Assembly: GCA_029838215.1 (NCBI GenBank)
Contig: JALGVI010000013.1
Coordinates: 1-44,921, forward strand
From: Candidatus Helarchaeota archaeon
Lineage (GTDB): Archaea > Asgardarchaeota > Lokiarchaeia > Helarchaeales > RDOG01
Direction: 5' to 3'
DNA length: 44,921 bases
Positions within the stretch are counted from its first letter, which is position 1, and each line of letters opens with the position of its first letter. Of this stretch, positions 1-9,790 are shown piece by piece. The position numbers and the translations under genes were made by a program. The notes under the pieces were generated by a model. It did not search any database. It was not told the DNA's origin and saw nothing but the letters and a program-made list of their open reading frames with translations.

Positions 1-140
1 CGAACTCATGTTGAAAAAGTTCGGCGAAAGTGCTAATTAAAGCGCGTGTCATCACGGGAACACCGCGTGAAAAAATTTAAACGTGCAGGATTGTCCAAGT
101 TTTACGAAGCTGATGATTAACCTGTTTTGAAGTGCCTTTC

Positions 141-1178
141 ATGGGAGTAACCAAACTAAGAAAGATCATTCCTGTTGAGCAAATTGCATTATCGAATTTA
201 CGTAATAAGAGAATCGCAATTGATGCTTATAATCACTTGTATCAATTTCTTTCTATCATAAGACAGCGTGATGGAACGCCCTTAATGGATGCCAAGGGTA
301 ACATAACATCCCATTTATCGGGGCTTTTTTACCGCACCATAAATTTATTGACTTCAGGGATAAGGCCTATTTATGTATTTGATGGAAAACCCTCTAAACT
401 CAAGGCACAAGTAATTAATGAGCGAAAAAAGAAGAGAGAGGAAGCAAAGAGGAAGTGGGATGAAGCAATCGCAGAAGGAGATTATGCAGGAGCACGGAAA
501 TACGCACAGGCAGCGTTATTTTTGTCCAAGGAAATGGTTGATGAGTCTAAAAATCTTTTGACAGCCATGGGAGTTCCTAATGTTCAGGCGGCTTCAGAGG
601 GAGAAGCACAGGCGGCTTTTTTGGTACAACAGGGTGATGCTTGGGCATCAGGATCTCAAGATTGGGATTCCATCCTATTTGGTTCTCCTAGATTCGTCCG
701 AAATCTGAATTTTACTGGAAGGAGAAAGATTCCACGCAAAAATGAATTTGTAGAAATCCAACCAGAATTAATAAGGGCGAAACAAGTTTTTTCAGAATTA
801 AAACTCACGCGAGAAGAACTGGTCGATGTCGGGATCATGCTCGGAACGGATTTTAATGAGGGTTTCCCGAAAGTAGGACCCGTTACAGCCCTGAAATACA
901 TTCGTGAATTCAAGAATTTAGAAACAATTATTAAAGAGAAGGGTTTCAAGATTGATTTTCCCATTGACGAAATCAGAGCCATATTTCTTTCCCCAACAAT
1001 CGAAAGGGATTATATGATCAAATTTAAACGCCCAAATGATGAGAAAATCAAGAAAATCATGTGTGATGCTCACGACTTTAGCTTGGAACGCGTTGAGAAT
1101 GCATTAAAAAAATACTTGCAATACATAAAAGAAAGAAAAGATGCCAAAAAACAGCGATCATTATCTAAATTCATGTGA
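141..1178 (+). CDS. fen: Flap endonuclease 1 (XPG/FEN1 family)
   Basis: MGV start (ATG at 141 preferred over GTG at 132). XPG motifs IAIDAYNHLYQFL, YVFDG, EGEAQAA, SQDWDS and H3TH LGTDFN. C-terminal PIP box QRSLSKFM. Confidence 0.97.
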   Translation: MGVTKLRKIIPVEQIALSNLRNKRIAIDAYNHLYQFLSIIRQRDGTPLMDAKGNITSHLSGLFYRTINLLTSGIRPIYVFDGKPSKLKAQVINERKKKREEAKRKWDEAIAEGDYAGARKYAQAALFLSKEMVDESKNLLTAMGVPNVQAASEGEAQAAFLVQQGDAWASGSQDWDSILFGSPRFVRNLNFTGRRKIPRKNEFVEIQPELIRAKQVFSELKLTREELVDVGIMLGTDFNEGFPKVGPVTALKYIREFKNLETIIKEKGFKIDFPIDEIRAIFLSPTIERDYMIKFKRPNDEKIKKIMCDAHDFSLERVENALKKYLQYIKERKDAKKQRSLSKFM

Positions 1179-1203
1179 GTTAATGGTTAATAACGAAGGA
1201 GAA

Positions 1204-4200
1204 TTATTTTTTCTTCTTCGGTTTTTTCTCATCTTCAATAGAGACCAGTATCGTGCGTTTTCTGATTTTTCTAACTAGAAAATGTAGTCCGATTGCCCCT
1301 CCCAATCCAACCACGATAATCAACAGAACCATTCCCGCCTGCCATATCCCCCAATTGAAAGGATTGGGTGCGACGCTGATAGTCACCGAGCATGTTGTCG
1401 AATAGGAGCCACCTAAGATGAGTTCTTCTGCGCTATCGCAGGTGATGGTGAGAACGATTTGAGCATTTTCCGTGAAAAGAACGTTTTTCGGGAATACAAA
1501 AATCGAGATGGTAATTGATTCTCCAGGAGCAAGTGAATCAATGATGTACTGGTTTGGATTTTGGAAAAGCAAAGTATACCCAGAAGAACCTGAAGGGGTT
1601 ACTCTAATGTTCAGGAGAGTTGTATTTCCAGTATTTGTGACAATGAAACTAAGAACGAATGGTCGGTCACCATAATATAATGACTGAGATGCATCTTGCT
1701 GGACGGATAATTCAGTAACATAATTTGAAATATTAACGAATATTGTTGTTTGATTGGCATTTCCGAGTATATCCATGCTTACAATTGTTAAATTATGCGT
1801 ACTTCCTGTACTCAAACCAGAAATGTTCCAATAAAAGTAAATGTAATCGTTGAAATCTTTTCCCCGCCAAGTTGTTTCATTTTGCACGTAGACAATATCG
1901 CCCGTGGCATTATATTCAATAATCTGCCCTTGTTGACCATCTATCACAGGCCAGAGTGAGTTGTCAATGTATAGTTGGACGGAGTCTATGGTTGATATGG
2001 CATCCTTAACGTAAAATATCAACTTTTCAATGGCATTCCACGTTCCATTTTTATTGATGACAGAATTGTTCAGATGGGAAGAAAAACTCACGTATGGCCC
2101 ATCATTGTCATTTTTTATGATCATCGTGGTGGAATTTGTATTTCCTGCCTTGTCGTAAGCGGTTAATGTAAATGTTAAGGTGCCAGATGGAAGATCAGAA
2201 GAATTCAGATAATAATAAGAAAAAGTTCCATTTGTAGAGTTTGCTTGTGTCCAAGTGAGATTTGCTTCTCCGTTTAAATAAAGTATTAATTTATCGTAAT
2301 AAATGTCGTCATATCCCTTTACGGCAATTGTCATGTTTGAATTAATGATGTTATCACAATATATTTCATGAGTTTGGAAGCGTTCCATTACTACTTGAAT
2401 ATAATAAACGGATACGCCTACATCTACCGTGGAAGTGATATTAATGAAGAGTTCTAGGCGCATGTTGCTCGTACTATTAACAAGATCCCACATTGTTGTC
2501 CTATTGATCTGAAATGTAGCATTGACTTTTGAAGTTGAGTTAAATACCGAGTCATCCACATCCAGTAGAGAATTAGCCGTCCAATTATATATTTGCAGTG
2601 CCGCCCTCGTGATGCTACTGTCGGACACGTTGAGTTTAGCCGTGATGGTTAGATTCAGGTAATTTAAATTTTCTAATTTGGTAATGTTGTAATCTTCCAG
2701 CTCGATAGCATAAGGGAGAAGAATGCCTTGGGATCCATTTGAGCAGCCATGATAAAAATTATCATTGGAGTACGTGGCGGATGTGGTATTTGTAAAACAA
2801 CATCCGTATAAGGGTAAATCTGTTTCAGTTTGATTTGTTAATGTAAATTCTGACAAGTCGTTTAACGTGGTATCGTTCAAATCACTTGTTCGAATATTAA
2901 GATATGGAATGTCGGGACTCGTGTTATCCACGTAAACGGTGATGTTGCCGGTGCAATTAAATGAGTTTTCATATCCATCGCGATCAAAAAATGAGACGTT
3001 TAATACGTGTGTGGCATTTGTTCCGGGAGTTCCATTATAATTAATAAAATTTGAAACATCCCAGTTATAAACAACCGTGATATTTTTATAGGAGGGGTCA
3101 ATTGATTCAAAATCTGCTTTAACCCAGGTTTTGTTTTCTTCGTATTCAGTTCCTTCATCAATAACAAGCGTGATATTCTTAATACCACTGCCCGAATCGA
3201 GTCCGGTTATTTGAATTGGTACTGTTCCCGACACGAAGTCTCCAGTTTCTAAGGAAATCTCATATAGTGGTTCTTCGGTATCTATATTCGTGTAATTATA
3301 ACCCCAACTTTGCGTGCTGTTTATATCACCATCATAATCAAATGCCTCAACCCAGAACGTGATATTCTCACGACCGCCTTTATGATCGCCCACGCGCTCC
3401 CACGGTAATCCAGGGATGATAGCATAGAAGTGGTCTGTCGGATCTTTATGAATCTCAAAATTGACATAATCCAGAAGAACTTGAACGGCAGATGGACCTG
3501 TTACATTGATGAATATTTCAAGACGACCATTATTGGCATTATTGATAAAATTTGTAACGTTATTTCCTGCTATGACTACTTCTGAAGTTGCATCGGAAGT
3601 GACATTAAGTGAGGAGTTTGAAATTTCAACCAGGGAATTGGAAGACCAATTATACAAGTAAATTCCGGCAATGGAAACCCCTTGCGTTGTGTTTACATGT
3701 CCTTCGAGAGTTATTTTAACATAGTCATCAGTTGCATAATCTCCAGGAAGAACATCCTTCAAGTTTACCGAAACAGGAATTAGAATCCCCGTACCATCAT
3801 TCGAACAACCGTAATACACGTCATCACTTGCATTTGCTGAGCTGGCATTGTTGACGTAATCTTGACCGTGAAGTGTCAGGGCCGTGATCGTAGTATTGTC
3901 CGTCATGTTAGCAGAAACCAGCGTGTAATTTATCATCGAAATTCGGTCGGGACCGGCATTTTCAGTAATGCTCGTCCAATAATATAAAGAAGCATTTTGA
4001 ATTCCTTGATTATCTTGAATTGTAACGTTAATTATTACAGGAGTACCAACCGATACATTTAGTCCTTGTGAGACGTTGTTAATATCAAAGGGGTCGTTAT
4101 TGAAATACCAATTTGTAAAGTTCGGAACTGAGGCATCCTTTGACGTTATTGGGGTTGGCTGGAAAATGATAGAATTCAAATTGTTATCTTGATTGGGGAT

Positions 4201-4353
4201 CATGACCAAGGTGAAGCTCATTAAAAGAGAAATGAATAGAATTAGAGTAGAAAATACTAACGTGCTGATGAGGAATAAACATTTAACGTGTTTCACAACT
4301 TTCCACCTAAGATCATCATCAGTGACGTGGAACTTCCATCCTTGACGCGTCAA
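1204..4353 (-). CDS. Large membrane-anchored surface glycoprotein (1049 aa) with a duplicated beta-sandwich domain, Ig-like repeats and a CARDB-like domain
   Basis: N-terminal hydrophobic segment, C-terminal TM helix followed by KKPKKKK, many NxS/T sequons, and Ig-like boundary motifs DTEEP, DNTSP and DNDGP. Two copies of a YxGCSN-GIL.P...YNW..NSL...RLE.FIN.T domain. Confidence 0.75.
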   Translation of the reverse strand: MTRQGWKFHVTDDDLRWKVVKHVKCLFLISTLVFSTLILFISLLMSFTLVMIPNQDNNLNSIIFQPTPITSKDASVPNFTNWYFNNDPFDINNVSQGLNVSVGTPVIINVTIQDNQGIQNASLYYWTSITENAGPDRISMINYTLVSANMTDNTTITALTLHGQDYVNNASSANASDDVYYGCSNDGTGILIPVSVNLKDVLPGDYATDDYVKITLEGHVNTTQGVSIAGIYLYNWSSNSLVEISNSSLNVTSDATSEVVIAGNNVTNFINNANNGRLEIFINVTGPSAVQVLLDYVNFEIHKDPTDHFYAIIPGLPWERVGDHKGGRENITFWVEAFDYDGDINSTQSWGYNYTNIDTEEPLYEISLETGDFVSGTVPIQITGLDSGSGIKNITLVIDEGTEYEENKTWVKADFESIDPSYKNITVVYNWDVSNFINYNGTPGTNATHVLNVSFFDRDGYENSFNCTGNITVYVDNTSPDIPYLNIRTSDLNDTTLNDLSEFTLTNQTETDLPLYGCCFTNTTSATYSNDNFYHGCSNGSQGILLPYAIELEDYNITKLENLNYLNLTITAKLNVSDSSITRAALQIYNWTANSLLDVDDSVFNSTSKVNATFQINRTTMWDLVNSTSNMRLELFINITSTVDVGVSVYYIQVVMERFQTHEIYCDNIINSNMTIAVKGYDDIYYDKLILYLNGEANLTWTQANSTNGTFSYYYLNSSDLPSGTLTFTLTAYDKAGNTNSTTMIIKNDNDGPYVSFSSHLNNSVINKNGTWNAIEKLIFYVKDAISTIDSVQLYIDNSLWPVIDGQQGQIIEYNATGDIVYVQNETTWRGKDFNDYIYFYWNISGLSTGSTHNLTIVSMDILGNANQTTIFVNISNYVTELSVQQDASQSLYYGDRPFVLSFIVTNTGNTTLLNIRVTPSGSSGYTLLFQNPNQYIIDSLAPGESITISIFVFPKNVLFTENAQIVLTITCDSAEELILGGSYSTTCSVTISVAPNPFNWGIWQAGMVLLIIVVGLGGAIGLHFLVRKIRKRTILVSIEDEKKPKKKK

Positions 4354-4476
4354 TATGAATCTTTAAAAGTCTTTTATAAAAATTGCCTTAGTATAGTTTT
4401 TTAAAATGTAAAAGAATTAAAAGACATTTTGGTTCTTTTATTATCTTCGAAGTTCTTGACAATGGGGCTCTGACAG

Positions 4477-4923
4477 GTGAAGATCAAAGGAATTTACTTG
4501 TTGGTAATAAATGTGATAAAAGACGTGAAAATTTCTATTGGAGCATTAGGCACGTTTACTTTTAAAAAAGGAAATCATGTCTATGTTGGATCTGCACAGA
4601 ATGGGATTGAAACTCGCATTAATTATCATTGTAGAGTGAAGGAAAAGCATCATTGGCACGTAGATTATTTGCTTTCAAATAAAAATGTTTTTATCACAGA
4701 GGCATTTTATAAAAAGGCACCAAAACAAGAAGAATGCAACACGGCAAGATGGCTTGCACGAGAAGCAAAAGAAATCCCGAAATTTGGTTGCTCAGATTGC
4801 ACGTGCTCAAGTCATCTATTTTTTGTAGGAGATGAGTTACCGCGTGAAAAGCTCAAGAAAAGCGGTTTCTCTCCATTTAAAGTAAAAATAAGAGAAAATA
4901 ACGATGAAATTCAAAAAATTTAA
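4477..4923 (+). CDS. GIY-YIG (Uri superfamily) nuclease, DUF123-type
   Basis: GIYLL...HVYVGSAQNG..RI..H...HHWHVDYLL and FGCSDCTCSSHLF motifs. GTG start. Confidence 0.85.
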   Translation: MKIKGIYLLVINVIKDVKISIGALGTFTFKKGNHVYVGSAQNGIETRINYHCRVKEKHHWHVDYLLSNKNVFITEAFYKKAPKQEECNTARWLAREAKEIPKFGCSDCTCSSHLFFVGDELPREKLKKSGFSPFKVKIRENNDEIQKI

Positions 4924-4949
4924 GATTCATATTTCTTAGTTGAAGCTAA

Positions 4950-6200
4950 ATGAAAGACAATGGAAAAAAAATTCCTGTTTATGCGCGACCAATATTCACG
5001 AATATAATTCTTCTCGTCCTAAATGTGTTTTTGTTCATTTTCAAAATGATATTTGGTTTCATGACGAGAAGCATTGCCTTGCAAGCAGATGCTTTTGACA
5101 GCATCACCGATGTCGTGATGGTGATTACCGGTCTCGTAGGGATAATTTTTGCCACGAAGAAACCCAACGAGCGGTTTCCTTATGGATATTATAAGACGGA
5201 GAACATCGTTAGCCTGATCATTGCCCTGCTCATTTTTTATACGGCTTATGACATAATCATGAATTCGATCCAGGCAATTCAGGGCTTTTTTCTCGGCATT
5301 CCTCGCGAGATCTTGGTAAGTCCGGAAGTTTTTATTTTCCTATTTATTTCTCTTGGTTTTTCGATTTTTTTGACCATTTTTTTGAAAATTTCGGGCAAGA
5401 AAAGCCAGTCGGTAATAATTCAGTCTGAAGCAAACGAAAAAATCTTTGATAATTTAATTTCTCTTTCGGTTATTGTTAATTTCGTCTGTGCATTTTTTCG
5501 ATTATTCATATTTGATGCCATATTTGGAATCATCATCTCATTTTTCATCATTAAAGGAGGATATGACATATTCAAGATTTCCACGAAAACCTTGCTCGAT
5601 GCTGTCGTCAAGTACGACCGCCGCGTCGAGTTGGAAGATTATTTTCGAAAAGTTCCGTTGATAAAAAGCTTGAAAAGCGTCCAAATTCGCGGTTATGGCA
5701 AGTATGTAGTTATCGAGGCAGAATTCACGCTCCGAAGAGATTTGCCTTTATCTCAAATAGAAAAATTTAAAGCTCAGTTAGAACGTGAAATAAAGAAGGA
5801 GTTTCCGAGCGTTTTTAAAGTTATAATGTTGATTCGGGCCCAATCTAAGAAGCTCGTTCGAATAGCGGTACCTTTAAGGAATAATCAGGGTCGTGAATCA
5901 GATGTTTCAGGGCATTTTGGTGAGAGTTCTCATTTTGCGATCTTTGAGATTCGAGATGGAACCTTGGTGAATCTAACGATTTTTGAAAATCCATACATGA
6001 ATGAAAAACGTCAGAAGGGGATTTTAGTTTCGGAGTGGCTCATTTCTCAAAAAATCGACAAGATTTACGTGAAAGAAAGTTTGAAAAAGGCACCAAATTT
6101 GATTTTTAACTCCAGGTTCACGGAAATCGTTCAATGCGATGTAAAGAAGTTGAAGGACATAATATTAAAAGAAATCGAGCTTTCCATTCAAGACCGATGA
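4950..6200 (+). CDS. Cation diffusion facilitator (FieF-like) fused to a C-terminal NifB/NifX-type FeMo-cofactor-binding domain
   Basis: CDF motifs ALQADAFDSITD and KPNERFPYGYYKTE, about 6 TM helices and a dimerisation domain. The C-terminal RIAVP...VSGHFGESSHFAIF is typical of the NifX family. Confidence 0.85.
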   Translation: MKDNGKKIPVYARPIFTNIILLVLNVFLFIFKMIFGFMTRSIALQADAFDSITDVVMVITGLVGIIFATKKPNERFPYGYYKTENIVSLIIALLIFYTAYDIIMNSIQAIQGFFLGIPREILVSPEVFIFLFISLGFSIFLTIFLKISGKKSQSVIIQSEANEKIFDNLISLSVIVNFVCAFFRLFIFDAIFGIIISFFIIKGGYDIFKISTKTLLDAVVKYDRRVELEDYFRKVPLIKSLKSVQIRGYGKYVVIEAEFTLRRDLPLSQIEKFKAQLEREIKKEFPSVFKVIMLIRAQSKKLVRIAVPLRNNQGRESDVSGHFGESSHFAIFEIRDGTLVNLTIFENPYMNEKRQKGILVSEWLISQKIDKIYVKESLKKAPNLIFNSRFTEIVQCDVKKLKDIILKEIELSIQDR

Positions 6201-6318
6201 TTTTTATGTTTTCTAAGGACGTTGATGAATTCGTGTACAAGTATTTACAAGAAATAAATGGTGAAAAAGAGTGCGATTTTTTCGTTTATTTTAAATTTCT
6301 CATTTAGAAAAGCAATTT

Positions 6319-6326
6319 TTTATAAG
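6319..6326 (+). promoter_or_regulatory. Archaeal TATA box (TTTATAAG) with an upstream purine-rich BRE-like run
   Basis: Lies at -30 to -23 relative to G6349, the first base of the predicted sRNA stem. Confidence 0.55.
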
Positions 6327-6348
6327 AAATATTTTGTAGTTTTTACAC

Positions 6349-6438
6349 GGAGAAGTCCGATGACAACAAAGAGCATGCTGAAGGATTTCGGGCATCAACC
6401 CTGTCCAATGATGAGCTTCATGAGTTCGAGGCTTCTCC
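6349..6438 (+). ncRNA. Putative box C/D guide sRNA
   Basis: 9-bp terminal stem GGAGAAGUC/GGCUUCUCC, box C-like CGAUGA (6358-6363), D' CUGA (6378-6381), C' AUGAUGA (6408-6414) and box D-like UCGA (6426-6429). GC-richer than the flanks and preceded by a TATA box. Confidence 0.6.
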
Positions 6439-6502
6439 ATTAATGAGATATTTTCGTAAATGCTTTTCTAGGCACATTTAAATTTGAATTTAGGTGTAGA
6501 AC

Positions 6503-8323
6503 GTGCGTATTGGAGTCATAGACACGGATCGTTGTAAGCCCAATGATTGTCGGATAGCATCACAAAAACCCCTTTGTATTCGATTCTGTCCCGTGGTAAG
6601 ATCGGGTGGAGAAGCGATAATTTTTGAAGAAGAAGAGATGGACCATCCCAGGATCATCGAAAATGTTTGCACGGGTTGCGGTATTTGCGTGAAGAAGTGT
6701 CCCTATGATGCGATTCACATCTCAAATATTGCAGAGGAACTCAAGACTGATTTCACGCATAGATATGGTGTGGGTGGATTCGTTCTTTTTCGAATGCCCG
6801 TCGTAAAACCGGGAAAAATTATTGGATTAATTGGTCCAAATGGGATCGGTAAATCAACGGTCATCAAAATTCTTGCGGGGGAACTCAAGCCCAATCTAGG
6901 ACGGCCTGGGGATGACCCTGAATGGGATGAAATCATTCGTTATTATCGGGGTTCCGAACTTCAAAATTATTTTACAAGCCTTTCGCAAGGGCAAATTAAG
7001 CTCGCTGCAAAACCACAATACATTACAAAACTTCCAGAAGTAGTAAAGGGTATTGCAAAGAGCCTTTTAGACAAGGTTGATGAACGAGGATGCATGAAGA
7101 ACCTGATTGAAAGCCTTTCGATGGAGAAATTTTTAGATAGAGAATTGACCGTGCTTTCAGGTGGAGAGCTCCAGCGAATAGCCATTGCTGCAGTTGTTGG
7201 GCGGGAAGCCGACATCTATTTCTTTGATGAACCGTCCAGTTTTTTAGATATTCGGGAGAGGCTTGAAGTTGCCAAGGTTCTTCATGAGTTGGCAGATTTG
7301 GGAAAAACTGTTGTAATAGTTGAGCACGATTTGGCAATTTGTGATTATCTAAGTGACTTCGTTCACGTTCTTTATGGAAAACCCGGCGCGTATGGTATAG
7401 TGTCTCACATTCACGGCGTGAGAGAAGGTATTAATCGATATCTCGATGGCTTTTTGCCTGATGAAAATATCAGATTTCGTCCTGAACCCATTGTTTTTCA
7501 TCTCAACCCAATTGCCTCCGATGGATGGGAGAGCATGGAAGTCGTGGCTCAATTTCCAAAGATAGAAAAAACACTGGACAATTTCAAATTGGAATTTGAG
7601 GGTGGAAAAATCTATAAAGGCGAAGTAATTGGCATCGTTGGTGAAAATGGATTGGGAAAGACCACGTTGATAAGAATTTTGGGAGGAGAGTTAGAACCCG
7701 ATCCCGGTATAGAATTACCTGCTTTGGATTTGAAAATCGCAATAAAACCCCAATATTTAAAGCCGAATTATGATGGTACGGTTGAAAATTATTTATCAGA
7801 AGTGGCGGGCAAGTCGTACCACACGAGTCTTTACAAAACAGAGGTCCTAATTCCCTTTAATTTAAAATCAATTGAAGATCGATACATCAAGGAATTATCA
7901 GGAGGAGAACTCCAAAAAGTAGAGATAGCCAGGACTCTTTCAACACCTGCAGAGTTATATTTATTTGATGAACCATCGGCATATATTGATAGTCAATCTC
8001 GTCTGACAATCACGAAGGCAATCAAACGCAACATTCAAAACAAGCACGCAACAGCATTCATCGTTGAACACGACATCCTTTGCGTTGATTTCTTGAGTGA
8101 TCGTCTAATCGTTTTTACCGGCGAAGCAGGGCGAAAAGGTATTGCATATCCACCTATTGGATTAAAAGATGGCATGAACCTGTTTTTGAAAAACGTAGAC
8201 ATTACTTTTCGACGAGATCCTAGAACGGGTAGACCTAGAATAAACAAATATGGTTCTGAATTAGACAGGAAACAAAAAGCTGCCGGAGATTATTATTACA
8301 TTTCAAAAAAAACAGAAAATTAG
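6503..8323 (+). CDS. rli: Ribosome recycling/translation factor ABCE1 (RNase L inhibitor, RLI)
   Basis: N-terminal Fe-S motifs (DRCKPNDC, CIRFCP, CTGCGICVKKCPYDAI), two ABC cassettes (GPNGIGKST and GENGLGKTT, each with LSGGELQ and DEPS), and TFRRD...RPRINK near the C-terminus. Confidence 0.98.
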   Translation: MRIGVIDTDRCKPNDCRIASQKPLCIRFCPVVRSGGEAIIFEEEEMDHPRIIENVCTGCGICVKKCPYDAIHISNIAEELKTDFTHRYGVGGFVLFRMPVVKPGKIIGLIGPNGIGKSTVIKILAGELKPNLGRPGDDPEWDEIIRYYRGSELQNYFTSLSQGQIKLAAKPQYITKLPEVVKGIAKSLLDKVDERGCMKNLIESLSMEKFLDRELTVLSGGELQRIAIAAVVGREADIYFFDEPSSFLDIRERLEVAKVLHELADLGKTVVIVEHDLAICDYLSDFVHVLYGKPGAYGIVSHIHGVREGINRYLDGFLPDENIRFRPEPIVFHLNPIASDGWESMEVVAQFPKIEKTLDNFKLEFEGGKIYKGEVIGIVGENGLGKTTLIRILGGELEPDPGIELPALDLKIAIKPQYLKPNYDGTVENYLSEVAGKSYHTSLYKTEVLIPFNLKSIEDRYIKELSGGELQKVEIARTLSTPAELYLFDEPSAYIDSQSRLTITKAIKRNIQNKHATAFIVEHDILCVDFLSDRLIVFTGEAGRKGIAYPPIGLKDGMNLFLKNVDITFRRDPRTGRPRINKYGSELDRKQKAAGDYYYISKKTEN

Positions 8324-8324
8324 A

Positions 8325-8822
8325 TTAAAAATACTTGAAAGTGAAGAACTTATCGACTGGAAATTTCAAGATCCAAACCAGAATGATCGATAGACCCAAT
8401 GGAATCAATAACCGAGCCAAATGCGTGAGGAAAAGACCCAAAGTACCGAGAAACATTGCTATTATGAGCGGGTCAAGAAGAAAAGTAAGTCCAATCTGAA
8501 TTAATGTATTTAAGAAATAATACACAACGGCGATACCCATGTACACTAAATATTGCACATAAAGCCTGGAGTCTTCTTTCCTTTGCTTTTTAAACGTGAT
8601 GTAACAATCCATGAAGTACTTTACGGTATATCCAATGGCAAGAGCAGACCCAATCACGAGAAATAAATCATAAAACTGTTCACCATCAACAAGAAATATC
8701 ATGCGAAAGAGTATTTGAAAAACAATGTTAACGATCGTTGCAGTTATGGACGAAACGGTATATAGCCCTAGTTGTTCAAACAAATCCTTGGTACTTTCGT
8801 CTTCAGTCATGGAAAACCCCAT
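8325..8822 (-). CDS. GtrA-like small 4-TM membrane protein
   Basis: Four hydrophobic helices with YTVKYFMD and KFPVDKFFTF motifs resembling GtrA. Confidence 0.6.
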   Translation of the reverse strand: MGFSMTEDESTKDLFEQLGLYTVSSITATIVNIVFQILFRMIFLVDGEQFYDLFLVIGSALAIGYTVKYFMDCYITFKKQRKEDSRLYVQYLVYMGIAVVYYFLNTLIQIGLTFLLDPLIIAMFLGTLGLFLTHLARLLIPLGLSIILVWILKFPVDKFFTFKYF

Positions 8823-9382
8823 TCTTATTGCATGAGATTGAACCGCGTTTTTCTTTTATTAAAGCTTCGTTTTCTCGAGAATAAGGAAACACGGAATCAA
8901 GATTTAAAGATCATTTAATTCATCGAATTTGCTTGTTTTTCGTCACTTCATTACGCATTTATGTCGGATTTGTTCCGTAAAATATTTAAGTTTGGCTTTA
9001 TTTATGTACATGTGCATTGGTCTGGCATGAGCAAATGAAGTCGTCATTTCTCACGTTTCTTCACTTCCAAGACATCGATGGAAACCATGATAAGCCCGTT
9101 TCTTTCTTTCCGTTGCCATTCCTTCGATGTAGCAAGATGAAAAATTAGCACGTTTCGTCGAATTAAAAGCAAGAGATCAGTTATTAACGCAAATTTGAAT
9201 CCAATTCGATAATCTCACTTCCCGTTTACTTCAATATTCGAGAATAAAAGTAAGATATTTCAATAAAAGGCTTTAACGCCCAAAGACGGAGATTTACCAC
9301 GTTCAAGAGTCAAAAAATCAAGTTATCTCCAGAATCTTATTTCAATTATTTCCATAAAATGTCCAATGGCACTTTCAGCTCA

Positions 9383-9532
9383 TCATGCAAGATCAATGCA
9401 TTTTTTTTTCTGCTTAAAATCAATGGCGTGTTTTCCTTCAATCAGGTTCTTGACAATTTCCTTTGCTTTAACATTATTTGGAGAATCCTTATTATATGCA
9501 TGAACCAGAATATTAGTATCTATTAGTTTCAT
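9383..9532 (-). pseudogene. vapC: Truncated VapC/PIN toxin (49 aa, not in the ORF track)
   Basis: The minus strand reads MKLIDTNILVHAYNKDSPNNVKAKEIVKNLIEGKHAIDFKQKKKCIDLA*, a classic PIN N-terminus (IDTNILV.A). It overlaps the antitoxin 3' end by 20 nt. The rest of the PIN domain is absent. Confidence 0.8.
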
Positions 9533-9764
9533 ACAATTCGTCCCTCGTTATCTCTATTGGGGTGCCCAATGAAATTCCTTCATTTAGATCCTTTAATGCA
9601 TCCCTATTTAATTCGTCTACAGTATTAAATATGATTTCAATTCTATTTCCGAGTTTATTAAGGAAAATCTCGTCATTATCATGTAAATCCATGTTCTTGT
9701 GAAGTTTGGGTGGTAATTTTACATACCAAGAGTTCCCTATCTTCTTGATCTTTGATTTTTGCAT
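9513..9764 (-). CDS. AbrB/MazE/SpoVT-family antitoxin (VapB-like)
   Basis: KIKKIGNSWYVKLPPKL...DEIFL swapped-hairpin signature, directly upstream of the PIN fragment. Confidence 0.85.
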   Translation of the reverse strand: MQKSKIKKIGNSWYVKLPPKLHKNMDLHDNDEIFLNKLGNRIEIIFNTVDELNRDALKDLNEGISLGTPIEITRDELYETNRY

Positions 9765-9790
9765 GAAATCTCGTAGTTAATTTTTGCATA

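Noticed and set aside
1-131. Possible 3' end of an upstream gene (frame 2, ELMLKKFGESAN*) and a GC-rich imperfect hairpin near 42-69
   Set aside because: Too short to assign a product, and the hairpin has no recognisable RNA motif.
4477-4923. GIY-YIG gene as a homing endonuclease or mobile element
   Set aside because: It is free-standing with no host intron or intein, and it matches the conserved cellular DUF123 type.
6349-6438. SECIS-element interpretation of the AUGA/GA-containing structure
   Set aside because: There is no long helix II with an apical AAR loop, and neither neighbouring gene has an in-frame UGA needing recoding.
6258-6443. 61-aa ORF from the track overlapping the sRNA candidate
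   Set aside because: No recognisable protein features. It runs through a TATA box and an AT-rich promoter region and is better explained as an ncRNA locus.
9044-9214. Minus-strand reading DYRIGFKF...VLEVKKREK, faintly resembling a RelE toxin
   Set aside because: It has no start codon, is preceded by an in-frame stop, and the intervening sequence does not fit RelE spacing. Probably chance.
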